Source of the DNA: an uncultured Enterobacteriaceae bacterium
Lineage (GTDB): Bacteria; Verrucomicrobiota; Verrucomicrobiia; Opitutales; UBA953
Reading direction: 5' to 3'
DNA: 64,000 bases
NCBI GenBank assembly: GCA_964510855.1
Contig: CAZEDB010000001.1
Location: forward strand, 12,220-76,219
Below, piece after piece: positions 19,227-28,691 of this stretch (its first letter is position 1; each line of letters starts with the position of its first letter). The notes beneath the pieces are model-generated. The model saw only the letters and a list, made by a program, of their open reading frames with translations, was not told the DNA's origin and did no database searches. Both the position numbers and the translations under genes were made by a program.

Positions 19227-20492
19227 TCATTTGCAAAAAGCCTTCGTCAGTCGTTCGACGAAGCGCTGCCGCGACAAGGTAGCACGGGTCTCAGCAGCAG
19301 CGACCCCTTGTCTATGTATCGCATCTGCAGGGAGCTCCGCGTAATACCTCAATCCATCACAAAGGGCTTCTGGGTTCCCAGGCGGCCCACAAAGCAGACC
19401 ATTTACACCGTCTACGATAAGATCGGGGGCAATTCCAACCGATGTTGAGAGCACGGGGCGTCCAGATGCCATCGCTTCTGAAATCATCATAGGTCCAGCG
19501 TCATCGACTGAGGGAGAGACAAAAAAATCTGCCGCTTGATAGGCAGTGGACATAGTCTCATCGCCGGAAAGAAACCCGAGGTCGGTGAAAGTGATATATT
19601 TCAGGTTCGTAGGAAAGAACCCGCTTGGGCCAGCGCCAGCGACATGAAGTCGTACCCCGAGTTTATCGAGCCTGCCTAATGCCTCTAGAAAAACACCAAA
19701 TCCTTTATAGGTTATCTGGGGGTCTACCGTGCGTACGAGGGCTACCCGCCGACTGTCTGCAGGCAGGCCTAAACGACGCCTCGCTTGTAGGGAATCGGTT
19801 ACCTCAGGCAAACACTTCAGGTCCAAGGGAATAGGCAGCACGGTTTGCGAAAGACCTTGGAGTACGTGGCTTTCGCTGGCCTTGCGCGCCGACCAGTGGC
19901 TCTGGGCTAAGACAACGGCACCCGCCTTGCGCCAAACATGAGAGCGTGTAGCGGCCTGCCGGCGGGTGACATCATTATCATCGATAGAATTAAGCGCTGG
20001 GCAGCTTCCGCACCCCTCGCGATATCGAGCGCAGGATAGGCTATAATGGCAGCCTCCTGTCATGTGCGCCATGTCCACCTGCCAGAGCCCAATCCTGGCG
20101 CCGAGTGCTTCGGCGATACGGACAACTGAGGCTGGCGACAGATAACCTCCCAGCCAATGCACTAAAACAATATCCCAGTGAGTCGAAATTTTACGGGCGT
20201 GCGCAATAATCGGTTCAGCAGGAAAAACTCCCTCGTCATCAAAATCGAATACCCCATCTAATTTTAGTCCGATACGGCCGAGTTTGCCGGCGAATCTGCG
20301 GCCGTGCCAGGCAACTGAACATACTGGCCCCAGCAACTTAGAGGCGTCGATGACCTCGGGCACAGGGCGCTTCTGTTTCATCACATATGCCGTCGAATGT
20401 ACGCCCTGTTCTAATAAAGCCTGATGAATTCGCATGAATCCAACGGCGGCGCCCCCACCGGCATCCATCTTGCATAAGTGGAGAATCCGCAT
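19227..20492 (-). CDS. GT4-family (GT-B fold) glycosyltransferase
   Basis: N-terminus MRILHL..GGGAA. C-terminal E-x7-E-like region ISEAMASGRPVLSTSVG. Confidence 0.75.
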   Translation of the reverse strand: MRILHLCKMDAGGGAAVGFMRIHQALLEQGVHSTAYVMKQKRPVPEVIDASKLLGPVCSVAWHGRRFAGKLGRIGLKLDGVFDFDDEGVFPAEPIIAHARKISTHWDIVLVHWLGGYLSPASVVRIAEALGARIGLWQVDMAHMTGGCHYSLSCARYREGCGSCPALNSIDDNDVTRRQAATRSHVWRKAGAVVLAQSHWSARKASESHVLQGLSQTVLPIPLDLKCLPEVTDSLQARRRLGLPADSRRVALVRTVDPQITYKGFGVFLEALGRLDKLGVRLHVAGAGPSGFFPTNLKYITFTDLGFLSGDETMSTAYQAADFFVSPSVDDAGPMMISEAMASGRPVLSTSVGIAPDLIVDGVNGLLCGPPGNPEALCDGLRYYAELPADAIHRQGVAAAETRATLSRQRFVERLTKAFCK

Positions 20493-20538
20493 TTACGTTG
20501 ATTCTTCTTTAACTCACTGAGAGTGCAAGTCCTGCGTC

Positions 20539-21351
20539 ATGATGATAAGTACCGAAAAAATTATCCCAGAGATGCCTAAACTTACCGTCGTTACTGTCAC
20601 TTTTAATGACCTAAGCGGGCTCAAACTTACGCGTGAAAGCGTGTGTAAGGACGATGACACCGACTTCGAACACGTCGTTATCGACGGGGGATCAAAAGAC
20701 GGAACTATCGAATATCTCCAAGGACTTCCAGCCGACGTCAGGTGGGTAAGCGAAAAAGACCGGGGGCCGTATGACGCCATGAACAAAGGCGCCTCACTTG
20801 CCCGAGGAGAATGGGTGATGTTTCTTAACTCTGGTGACACTTTAGCAAAGCCTGGCAATCTGGCAAAACTAGTAGCAGCGGCAAATCAATCCGATGCCGG
20901 TTTGGTTTTCGGGGATCACTTCTATAAAGGCAAACTTAGGTCGGCAAAATCCTTGGAGCATTTACATAAACTCCTAAAAGATGGGGACGTAAAAGGATGG
21001 TTGCGGGGGCATCCCTGTCATCAGGCGGTGATTGCTCGCCGACCATTACTGCTGGCTATGCCATTTGATCTAAGCTTCAAGATAGCTGCCGATTTTCACT
21101 GGATGGAGCGCGTCCGCAGTAGTGGAGAGAAATCCCTCAAGGTCGACGGGCCCATCTGCGTCTACCAGCCAGGAGGCCTATCTTCTCGAAGCCTCCTGCG
21201 CTGCACCATCGAATGGTGGAAGATTGTTAAACTCGCGGGCGGAACATCCTCCGTTTGTAGGGCCTTCTTCCTTAAATCATTGCGGAAACACGGGCGCCAA
21301 AAATGTAGGGCTTCTCTGATAGCGAAATTGAAGCGTTTACTTGGGCTATAA
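20539..21351 (+). CDS. GT2-family glycosyltransferase
   Basis: LTVVTVTFND, VIDGGSKDGT and FLNSGD (DxD-like). Confidence 0.8.
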   Translation: MMISTEKIIPEMPKLTVVTVTFNDLSGLKLTRESVCKDDDTDFEHVVIDGGSKDGTIEYLQGLPADVRWVSEKDRGPYDAMNKGASLARGEWVMFLNSGDTLAKPGNLAKLVAAANQSDAGLVFGDHFYKGKLRSAKSLEHLHKLLKDGDVKGWLRGHPCHQAVIARRPLLLAMPFDLSFKIAADFHWMERVRSSGEKSLKVDGPICVYQPGGLSSRSLLRCTIEWWKIVKLAGGTSSVCRAFFLKSLRKHGRQKCRASLIAKLKRLLGL

Positions 21352-21482
21352 TTTCAGCCTGTGTAGCTCCGATAACTTGTTTTTTCACGCGCTCTTAAAG
21401 AAACCAGTCGATTCATAAACGCTTTAACTGAAGGCATCTTTTCGATAAGTTAAGTCACCCGCCTTTATATAGAAGATATGCG

Positions 21483-22463
21483 ATGCATCCTAAAATGAAT
21501 CCCCCTATCTATTTACTTACAACCTGTCTCAATTCCGTCGCCACCATCGATAAGACGCTATGGGGTGTTTTTTCGCAGGAAGGCGGCATCTCCATCCGCT
21601 ACCATGTACAAGATGGTGGATCGACTGATGGAACTCTTGAAAAGTTAGCGTCTTGGGAAAAGCGGCTTTCAACAATGAGGGCGCAACTTCCATGCGAAAT
21701 CGAGTTCAGCTACGACTCTCGACGAGATGGCGGAATGTACGAAGGAATCCGGGCCGGATTCGACCAAATGGGTGTACCCGAAAATGCACTCATGGGGTGG
21801 TGCAACGCGGATGACGTCGTATGGCAAGGCTCATTAGCTCACATCAATCACGTCGGTAGAGAATTTCCAGAGGTGCAATGGCTGTCCGGCTGGTCCACCG
21901 CATTCGATGAACTCGGGCGCTTCAAATGGATGCAGCAAGGCACCTTCTTTCCCCAGCAGATCCTTGCGGCAGGAATGGCCAATGGAACCCACTGGTCTCA
22001 CCTTCAGCAGGAAAGTACTTTTTGGCGGAAAAGACTTTGGGATAAGGTTGGGGGCATTGATCCATCCTTTAAACTGGCTGGCGACTGGGACCTTTGGCGA
22101 CGCTTTGCGCAGCACGAAGAAATTGTTCATGTTGACCGGCAACTAGGCGCTTTTTATTTCCGCAAAGGCCAAAAGAGCTCTAACGCGGCGACCTACGCCA
22201 GCGAATGCATCGCGGCCTACCCTATGGCAGCTAGAGTCGCAGACTATCGACGGTTACTAACCTCTAAACCCAAGCTTGGCGTAACCCGCATAACAAATGA
22301 TGAAAACGGTAAGCTTGTACGAGTTCACGATGAGGTTGATTCGATTTTAGGGGAAAAAATTCGTTTCAATCTACTCCCACTGTCTACTTATTTCCGGAAT
22401 TTAAAACGACGCCACTATGCCTTGCGACGTCGGCATGAACGTCGGGTCAGCCGCGGTAGCTGA
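21483..22463 (+). CDS. GT2-like glycosyltransferase
   Basis: YHVQDGGSTDGT and CNADDVVW resemble GT-A nucleotide-binding and DxD motifs. The rest is unrecognised. Confidence 0.55.
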   Translation: MHPKMNPPIYLLTTCLNSVATIDKTLWGVFSQEGGISIRYHVQDGGSTDGTLEKLASWEKRLSTMRAQLPCEIEFSYDSRRDGGMYEGIRAGFDQMGVPENALMGWCNADDVVWQGSLAHINHVGREFPEVQWLSGWSTAFDELGRFKWMQQGTFFPQQILAAGMANGTHWSHLQQESTFWRKRLWDKVGGIDPSFKLAGDWDLWRRFAQHEEIVHVDRQLGAFYFRKGQKSSNAATYASECIAAYPMAARVADYRRLLTSKPKLGVTRITNDENGKLVRVHDEVDSILGEKIRFNLLPLSTYFRNLKRRHYALRRRHERRVSRGS

Positions 22464-22511
22464 CCATGATTGATCCACAGATATAAATCTGTGGTCACCT
22501 ATAAAACAAAT

Positions 22512-23342
22512 TCAACGAACTCGTACGTACCAATCATCGAAACGGGAATGCTTCTCGTGTTTCTGCTGATATCCTGCCGACTCGAGTAGTTGCTTAATCT
22601 GTTTTCTCATAGGTGTATAATTATGCTCGCAGGTGATAACCTTAAATTTAAAGCGGGAGAAATCGAATTCCTTTAAGATAGCAAATTCGCTACCTTCCGT
22701 ATCTATAGAAAGGTAGTCAGGCTCGGCGGGGGCACCATGCCGCTGCAAAAGGTCATTCAGCGAAACGGTGGGTACCTGATAGCGACACTTTCCAATTCTA
22801 GCCTGCGCGTGGATATCAGATTGGGCAAAATGACTCAGTGTAGAAAACTCACCTATATCAACTTCATCAAAGTCCAGCTGCTCTCCCGAAATTGTCCAAA
22901 CACACTCGGTGTCGATGGCGCAACTCCGGTTCTTCGCCAGCAAGGGGTGCCAGCATCGTGCCGGCTCTGCTAGGATCCCTTTCCATCCGAGCCGTTTCTC
23001 CAGCAACCAGCTGTTGCTGAGTGCGATGCCATCGGCGGCGCCGAATTCGACAAAGAACCCGTTTTCACGTCGTACACCAAGTTCAGAGAGGACAAATAAG
23101 TCCTGCATCAGTTGTGAGCGCGAGAACCCCACTTCTGCTAAAAATTCTGCCCGGCGGCCCTCGGAAACCTGGGCAATCAATGCAGTTAGTAGGTCAAGTT
23201 TCTCGTCAGCGCCTAAACACTCGCCAAAAGCAGCGGCTTCAACCAAACGAACTTCTAAGGCCTTTCGAGCTAGACTGCGCTGCTTTTGATCCAAACGAAG
23301 CCACTCGGGAAAGTACTTAGCTAGTTTCTTACGCAACTTCAT
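22512..23342 (-). CDS. FkbM-family methyltransferase
   Basis: FFVEFGAADGIALSNSWLLE..GWKGILAEP, DYLSIDTEGSE. I moved the start to the internal ATG at 23342, which gives an ATGA overlap with the upstream gene's stop. Confidence 0.75.
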   Translation of the reverse strand: MKLRKKLAKYFPEWLRLDQKQRSLARKALEVRLVEAAAFGECLGADEKLDLLTALIAQVSEGRRAEFLAEVGFSRSQLMQDLFVLSELGVRRENGFFVEFGAADGIALSNSWLLEKRLGWKGILAEPARCWHPLLAKNRSCAIDTECVWTISGEQLDFDEVDIGEFSTLSHFAQSDIHAQARIGKCRYQVPTVSLNDLLQRHGAPAEPDYLSIDTEGSEFAILKEFDFSRFKFKVITCEHNYTPMRKQIKQLLESAGYQQKHEKHSRFDDWYVRVR

Positions 23343-24229
23343 AAGCGATGGGGCATTCGTGATGCGACCGAGGCAATTAGTTGCGCAGGTGTAGCGCGTG
23401 CGATATCGATACGGCCAAGTGGTCTCCACCCCTCAACCAGGAGAGGCTGGCCGGGAGCCGAGGCCAAGATGAAGCCATCGTAGCTTGTGGTATGGTTCTC
23501 AAAAGGAGAGGATACTTCAATGTGGTAACCATACGACCGAAGCGTATTTTCGACAGATTGGTGCAACAACTCTGAATGCGTCGATACGAAGACACGGTCG
23601 ATACGATGCTCGCCCAATGATACGGCAGCGCCCTCAAGTACTTCTACTTCGAATCCTTGAACGTCTGAATGAAGGATATCGAGGTGGATTAAGCCCTGAT
23701 TGCGCAGGAAGGCGTCCACCCCAAAGCCGGACTTTCCAACCCATTCTTGATAAAACTTCCCGGTGAAGCCGTTGGCGCGGAAATTTTCTCGGCCGGCTTC
23801 TAGGTTAATAGGGTCAGCCTCAACCATATGACATAGAGAAGACGGATAGGCTTTTTTAAGCCAGATAGAATAATGGGCCCAGTATGCACCCAGCTCCAAC
23901 ATTACAGGCGCAGGCGTAGCCAACTTACGGAGCATTTCTTGAAAGCAGTATTCTTCAAGGGGCTCATGCACGCCGCGGTTAATTATTAATAGATCACTGA
24001 AAGTGCCATAATACGAACCTGGCCCCCGCAAAGGCACCCTAATACCATTATGAAGGATAACGTGGTTGTTGTGATCAACATATCCCGCTTCAGGGACGCG
24101 ATTAATCAGTAGATTGACGGGGTCAGAAAGGACTTCGCGAAACCGTTCTAGGAATGCCTCAGCTTTGGCAAGTGTCTGCGGATCGGAGAAAGTAGACTTT
24201 TCTACCGCAGTCTTTTTTTTCCAGAACAT
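23339..24229 (-). CDS. FkbM-family methyltransferase (second copy)
   Basis: MLELGAYWAHYS, LHSDVQGFEVEVLEGA, and a class-I methyltransferase layout. Confidence 0.65.
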   Translation of the reverse strand: MFWKKKTAVEKSTFSDPQTLAKAEAFLERFREVLSDPVNLLINRVPEAGYVDHNNHVILHNGIRVPLRGPGSYYGTFSDLLIINRGVHEPLEEYCFQEMLRKLATPAPVMLELGAYWAHYSIWLKKAYPSSLCHMVEADPINLEAGRENFRANGFTGKFYQEWVGKSGFGVDAFLRNQGLIHLDILHSDVQGFEVEVLEGAAVSLGEHRIDRVFVSTHSELLHQSVENTLRSYGYHIEVSSPFENHTTSYDGFILASAPGQPLLVEGWRPLGRIDIARATPAQLIASVASRMPHRL

Positions 24230-24267
24230 GATTATGGCTTAGCTAGTGATAGTTTTACGGGATAAAA

Positions 24268-25440
24268 CTAACAGGGCTGCGCTACTTCGCGAAAATGTTT
24301 TGCGACGTAGGCAATATCTTCCGGCGAGATATTCGCATGGTTAGGAAGGTAGAGACCAAAGTCGTGAACCTTATCGGCGACGGGTAAATGCGTAACGCCG
24401 TACTTCTTAATCCAGAAAGGTTGGCGGCCCATCGAGCCACAGACTAGCGGCCGGCATTCAATGCCCTGTGCCAAAAGGTGTCTGGATACCTCAAGTCGAT
24501 TCTTGGCATAAGTACCGTAGGAAAAACTTGAGACAAAACCGCCTTCGCTAGTTTGGCACCAGAACTCAGGTAGGGCTTTTCGGTAGAGCTCAAAATTGCG
24601 GGCGCGAATGGCAGCAATTTCAGGAAGCCGCTTAAGTTGCAGACGGCCGAGATAAGCATTTAGATCGGTTGAGCGCAGATTATAGCCCGCGTAGTAAAAG
24701 CTGTAAAACTCTCTGAAATCATCGATTTGAAATTCTTTCTTCCAGGCCCGACGGTCAGCTTCGGGGACGTCGCGCGACCAACCATGCGAACGGATGGAGA
24801 GCATAACACTATAGAGTTTATCGTCACTGGTTGTAATTGCCCCACCTTCGATGGTTGATATATGGTGGCCGTAATAAAAAGAGAAAGAGCCGGCGAGCGA
24901 GAGCGCCCCAGTTTTAACACCTTTGTATTCAGAACCTAGGGCCTCACAGGCGTCCTCAATAACTAAACATCCATGCTGGGCACAGAGGCGGCGGACGGCA
25001 TCCATCTGGTTGGGATGTCCCAAGATATGAACCAAAATCAAAAGTGCTGGCTGTTCCTTTTTCAAAAGCGCCTCAAGATGATTAAGATCAACCCCAAGGT
25101 CTTTAGCATCCGAGTCACATAGGAAGCACTCGAAGCCCATTTGTACAAACGGAGACAGCGTGGTAATCCAAGAGACCGCTGGGACAATAACCTTTTTATT
25201 ACGAAGATACCCTGCCTCTAAAAGGCTGTAAGCCATGAGGAGATTGGCCGAAGATCCACTGTTTACCATGATGCTATACTTCGTTCCGGTATAGGCGGCA
25301 AATTCCGCTTCAAATTCCCGCGTAAGGGGTCCTTTAGTAATTTGGTGACCTTCTTTTAACCAACTCGCAAGCAGGTCTATTTCATGGGCTGAAATGGTGT
25401 TATCAGCGAGTTTAACAGCTCGGGTAGGCATATAAATCAA
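24268..25440 (-). CDS. PMP/PLP-dependent NDP-4-keto-6-deoxyhexose 3-dehydratase (ColD / E1 type)
   Basis: DegT-family fold, but SFSFYYGHHISTIEGG has a His-His where aminotransferases carry the Schiff-base Lys. Compare ColD SFYSHHIATMEGG; IRSHGWSR also matches ColD IRAHGWTR. The start may be the ATG at 25431. Confidence 0.75.
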   Translation of the reverse strand: MIYMPTRAVKLADNTISAHEIDLLASWLKEGHQITKGPLTREFEAEFAAYTGTKYSIMVNSGSSANLLMAYSLLEAGYLRNKKVIVPAVSWITTLSPFVQMGFECFLCDSDAKDLGVDLNHLEALLKKEQPALLILVHILGHPNQMDAVRRLCAQHGCLVIEDACEALGSEYKGVKTGALSLAGSFSFYYGHHISTIEGGAITTSDDKLYSVMLSIRSHGWSRDVPEADRRAWKKEFQIDDFREFYSFYYAGYNLRSTDLNAYLGRLQLKRLPEIAAIRARNFELYRKALPEFWCQTSEGGFVSSFSYGTYAKNRLEVSRHLLAQGIECRPLVCGSMGRQPFWIKKYGVTHLPVADKVHDFGLYLPNHANISPEDIAYVAKHFREVAQPC

Positions 25441-26297
25441 CGGTGGCGTAGGGAGTTTAGTAAACTGTGGAACCCGTAGGCCATGCGGGCGTAGATTCGA
25501 GAGAAAAAGAGCATGACACCTGCGATCAAATCAAGCCGTAAGACCGAAATCGTCTTAGCTATAATGTAATAGCGTCGCGCAGACTGATAAGCTAAACGGA
25601 TGGCGCGCTGCTTGAGCTTATCGCGCTGGGCATCAACCGTAATAGATTCAGAATGTACGGAAAAAACCGTGAGGGGTTCGGCCACAAACCCAATACGGGG
25701 ATACTTTAAGGTAACTAACGCTGACATTAGCCAATCTGGCCCAACCCCTCGATATTCGTGGCGGGCAAACGGGACCGTGCCTACAAAAAGTGCGTCGAGG
25801 ATATCTACCCTCCGCATGAGTACGGCACCAGGCGAGACGAGGCCTTTTAGGTGTAAATTCATGAAGCGCGACGCGGGGTAAACTCCTGTCTGCCCAACAC
25901 CCGTGAAAGACTCTTTAATTTTTTCGCCGGTTGCTTCATTTCGAATCTCAGCGGTAGTGAAGCAAAGACCGATATCATCACCCATTAAAGCCAGACACTT
26001 ACTTACGTAAGTGGGCTGTAGATAATCGTCGTCAAAGTTAAGGTGAACGTATTTTGCCGAGGCATTCATAACGCCATCGAGCCAACAAAAGTGCACCCCG
26101 TGGTCCACATCACGTCGAATATAGCGGATGCGCTCTCCGAATGAGGCAGCAACGGTTGGGGTATCGTCTGAACTACCATGGTCTACCACGATGACTTCGC
26201 AAAGTTCTGTCTGGGCCAGGGCTGACTCAACACAACGCTTGAGCATTGCCGCGCGATTAAATGTCGGAATGACGATGGTGACAAGGGGTACGGTCAT
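25437..26297 (-). CDS. GT2-family glycosyltransferase
   Basis: VTIVIPTFNRAAML, VVDHGSSDDT and NFDDD. Confidence 0.8.
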   Translation of the reverse strand: MTVPLVTIVIPTFNRAAMLKRCVESALAQTELCEVIVVDHGSSDDTPTVAASFGERIRYIRRDVDHGVHFCWLDGVMNASAKYVHLNFDDDYLQPTYVSKCLALMGDDIGLCFTTAEIRNEATGEKIKESFTGVGQTGVYPASRFMNLHLKGLVSPGAVLMRRVDILDALFVGTVPFARHEYRGVGPDWLMSALVTLKYPRIGFVAEPLTVFSVHSESITVDAQRDKLKQRAIRLAYQSARRYYIIAKTISVLRLDLIAGVMLFFSRIYARMAYGFHSLLNSLRHR

Positions 26298-27079
26298 TAG
26301 CTGAGAAATTGGCGGAGGCGGGAAATGTCAGCAACTAGAGAAGTCGCAGGCGACGATGAGGCAGGGACAATTCGCAAAGGCTGCGGCGCCTGAGACTGGG
26401 CGAAGTCACTGATTTTTGTACCACGACCTGAACCAATATTAATAATGCCAGTTGCTTGGCGCTCGGCGAGAGCGAGAATCCTTGCCACCACATCATCAGC
26501 TAACGACAGGTCACGAACGTCGTCTACGCCATGCAATGGAAAGGGCCGGGAAAGATCTTCGGTGGCAAAGCGATGGCGCAAGGTCGGGTAAAGAAACGAA
26601 CCCGTCTGTTCGGGATGATAAAAACTAAAGATACGTCCTATGCACCAAGGGATACCAGCAGTGTCCGCAGAAGACTCGACCACCTGCTCACCCATGCGCT
26701 TAGATAGTCCGTAAGGATTAATTGGGCTTACGGGTGCGTCTTCACGTAATGGCTCCTGCTGGGGTCGATAGACGTGACTGCTACTAGCGTAGAAAAGCCA
26801 AGGCTTAGAACGGCAAGCCGTAAGGGCTGAAATGAGGTTAGCGGTACCTCCTACATTGACGCGAAAAGCTCGCGCTGGGTCATTCTGCACGACCTGAGTC
26901 GGAACCACGGCAGCAAAATGCAACATCGCATCAAATTGAGCCTGTTCGACCCATCCCTGTAAGGCTTGCAGTTCACCTACATCCCCCGTGAATAAATTCA
27001 CATCATGGCCGAGCTCAACAAGTTGCTTAACCGCAATTCGGCCCAAAATACCCCGTCCGCCAGTGAGGCCAAAACGCAT
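26297..27079 (-). CDS. Short NAD(P)-dependent sugar epimerase/reductase (SDR)
   Basis: Rossmann motif GGRGILG and catalytic YGLSK (YxxxK). 260 aa. Confidence 0.7.
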   Translation of the reverse strand: MRFGLTGGRGILGRIAVKQLVELGHDVNLFTGDVGELQALQGWVEQAQFDAMLHFAAVVPTQVVQNDPARAFRVNVGGTANLISALTACRSKPWLFYASSSHVYRPQQEPLREDAPVSPINPYGLSKRMGEQVVESSADTAGIPWCIGRIFSFYHPEQTGSFLYPTLRHRFATEDLSRPFPLHGVDDVRDLSLADDVVARILALAERQATGIINIGSGRGTKISDFAQSQAPQPLRIVPASSSPATSLVADISRLRQFLS

Positions 27080-27194
27080 ATTTCCATAGTTGCGACGTGA
27101 GCCCTCTATTTCAACCCGAATACCCTTAAGAAATTAGTTTGTTGCCACCTTAATGACTTGGAACAACCCGCAGACTCCGCTTCATTACCTGCCT

Positions 27195-27266
27195 GCGGGC
27201 GTCGTATAACGGCTATTATGTGAGCTTCCCAAGCTTGAGACGAGGGTTCGACTCCCTCCGCCCGCA
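27195..27266 (+). tRNA. tRNA-Gly (anticodon CCC)
   Basis: 72-nt cloverleaf by hand. Acceptor GCGGGCG/CGCCCGC, anticodon loop TTCCCAA, T-arm GAGGG-TTCGACT-CCCTC, discriminator A. CCA is not encoded. Confidence 0.9.
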
Positions 27267-27281
27267 CCCTGGTACCGCTTC

Positions 27282-28028
27282 ATGTTGCCAACTATCTACC
27301 TAATAAATCTAGACCGCGATACCGATAGACTGCGGGAGTTTATGGGAGCCAATGGCTCACTAGGACTCCAAATTATTCGTGTTCCCGCAATACTCGGTAA
27401 AGACATTCAGGTTCCTCCGGTTGACTTAGATGGGTATCGGCGAATCAACGCTGGCGGTGGCCCACCTAAACCCGCGGAAGTGGGGTGCTACTTAAGCCAT
27501 ATCAAAGCCATGGCGTTCTTTTTAAAAAGTTCAGAGCCTTGGTGCATTATTATGGAGGACGATGCTAATCTAAAATCAGCTAGTCTAACGGTACTAAAAA
27601 GTCTTGGTGAATCAAAGGCCTGGGATGTGGCTAAACTTTTCTACTTTCACCACGGATTTCCACTCCGCATGCAGCCGCTCGCGGAAAATCACCACCTAAC
27701 TCTACATCTGGCACGCACCACGTCTTGTGCGGCCTATGCTATCACGCGTGAAGCAGCTCTTAAACTCACTAAACATCTTCTGCCTATTAAGGAACCTGTA
27801 GATCACGCCCTAGATCAAGGGTGGGACAGCGGCCTTCGCATACGTGCGCTTTATCCACGACTCGCTGATCTGATGCCAACCTCAACTCAATCCACCATTG
27901 GTTATGGTGTGCGAAAACGTCAGGCGATGCCGGCCTATGCCTGGGTACAGCTGCGCAAGGGTATGCGAGAAATACGTCGGTTTTGCCATGGTCTCAAATT
28001 CTACCTTTTAAGTTTTTTAAAAAGGTAG
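27282..28028 (+). CDS. GT25-family glycosyltransferase (LPS/LOS-type)
   Basis: IYLINLDRDTDRL, GCYLSHI and IIMEDDA are typical of GT25. Confidence 0.75.
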   Translation: MLPTIYLINLDRDTDRLREFMGANGSLGLQIIRVPAILGKDIQVPPVDLDGYRRINAGGGPPKPAEVGCYLSHIKAMAFFLKSSEPWCIIMEDDANLKSASLTVLKSLGESKAWDVAKLFYFHHGFPLRMQPLAENHHLTLHLARTTSCAAYAITREAALKLTKHLLPIKEPVDHALDQGWDSGLRIRALYPRLADLMPTSTQSTIGYGVRKRQAMPAYAWVQLRKGMREIRRFCHGLKFYLLSFLKR

Positions 28029-28086
28029 GGAGACAATCTCTAAGTTTAAGAAGCAGAAAGCAGTCCTGCCTATAAACAAGCGGGAT

Positions 28087-28686
28087 TTAGTTAGTTGAAT
28101 TGCCCGTGAAGCGGGGCATTGGGCGTGTGGGCGTGTGATCAATCCCGGAGCGCGCAAAAACTTTGAAAAAGGTGCGGTAGACAATTTTGAGGTCCAACCA
28201 AAAGGTGCGGTTATCGACATACCAAACATCGAGGGCAAATTTTTCATCCCAACTCAGGGAATTACGTCCATTAATCTGCGCCCAGCCCGTAACTCCAGGC
28301 TTAACCTCAAGGCGGCGCCGCTGAATCGGACTATAGAGAGGGACGTATTCCATCAGCAAGGGCCGGGGACCGACAACACTCATGTCGCCTTTAAACACAT
28401 TCCACATTTCAGGAAATTCATCGAGCGAACTCGAGCGCAGGAATTTACCGAAAGCCGTCAGACGTTCATTATCAGGTAAAAGTTCGCCTTGGGCGTCACG
28501 CGCATCGGTCATGGAGCGAAACTTTATCATCTCGAAAGGTTGCCCATCTTTTCCGGGCCTTACATGCCTAAAGAAAATTGGGGCGCCAAGCTTTAGGCGT
28601 ACCAAGATGGCTACTGTCAGGAGTAAGGGGGAAAAGGCCAACAACCAGCCGAGGGAAAATCCAATATCAAAAAGACGTTTAAGCAT
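28087..28686 (-). CDS. Small monotopic phosphoglycosyl transferase (PglC/WbaP-C-type initiating sugar transferase)
   Basis: MLKRLFDIGFSL..., PIFFRHVRPGKDGQPFEMIKFRSM, and PGVTGWAQINGRN. Confidence 0.85.
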   Translation of the reverse strand: MLKRLFDIGFSLGWLLAFSPLLLTVAILVRLKLGAPIFFRHVRPGKDGQPFEMIKFRSMTDARDAQGELLPDNERLTAFGKFLRSSSLDEFPEMWNVFKGDMSVVGPRPLLMEYVPLYSPIQRRRLEVKPGVTGWAQINGRNSLSWDEKFALDVWYVDNRTFWLDLKIVYRTFFKVFARSGIDHTPTRPMPRFTGNSTN

Positions 28687-28691
28687 GTGGG

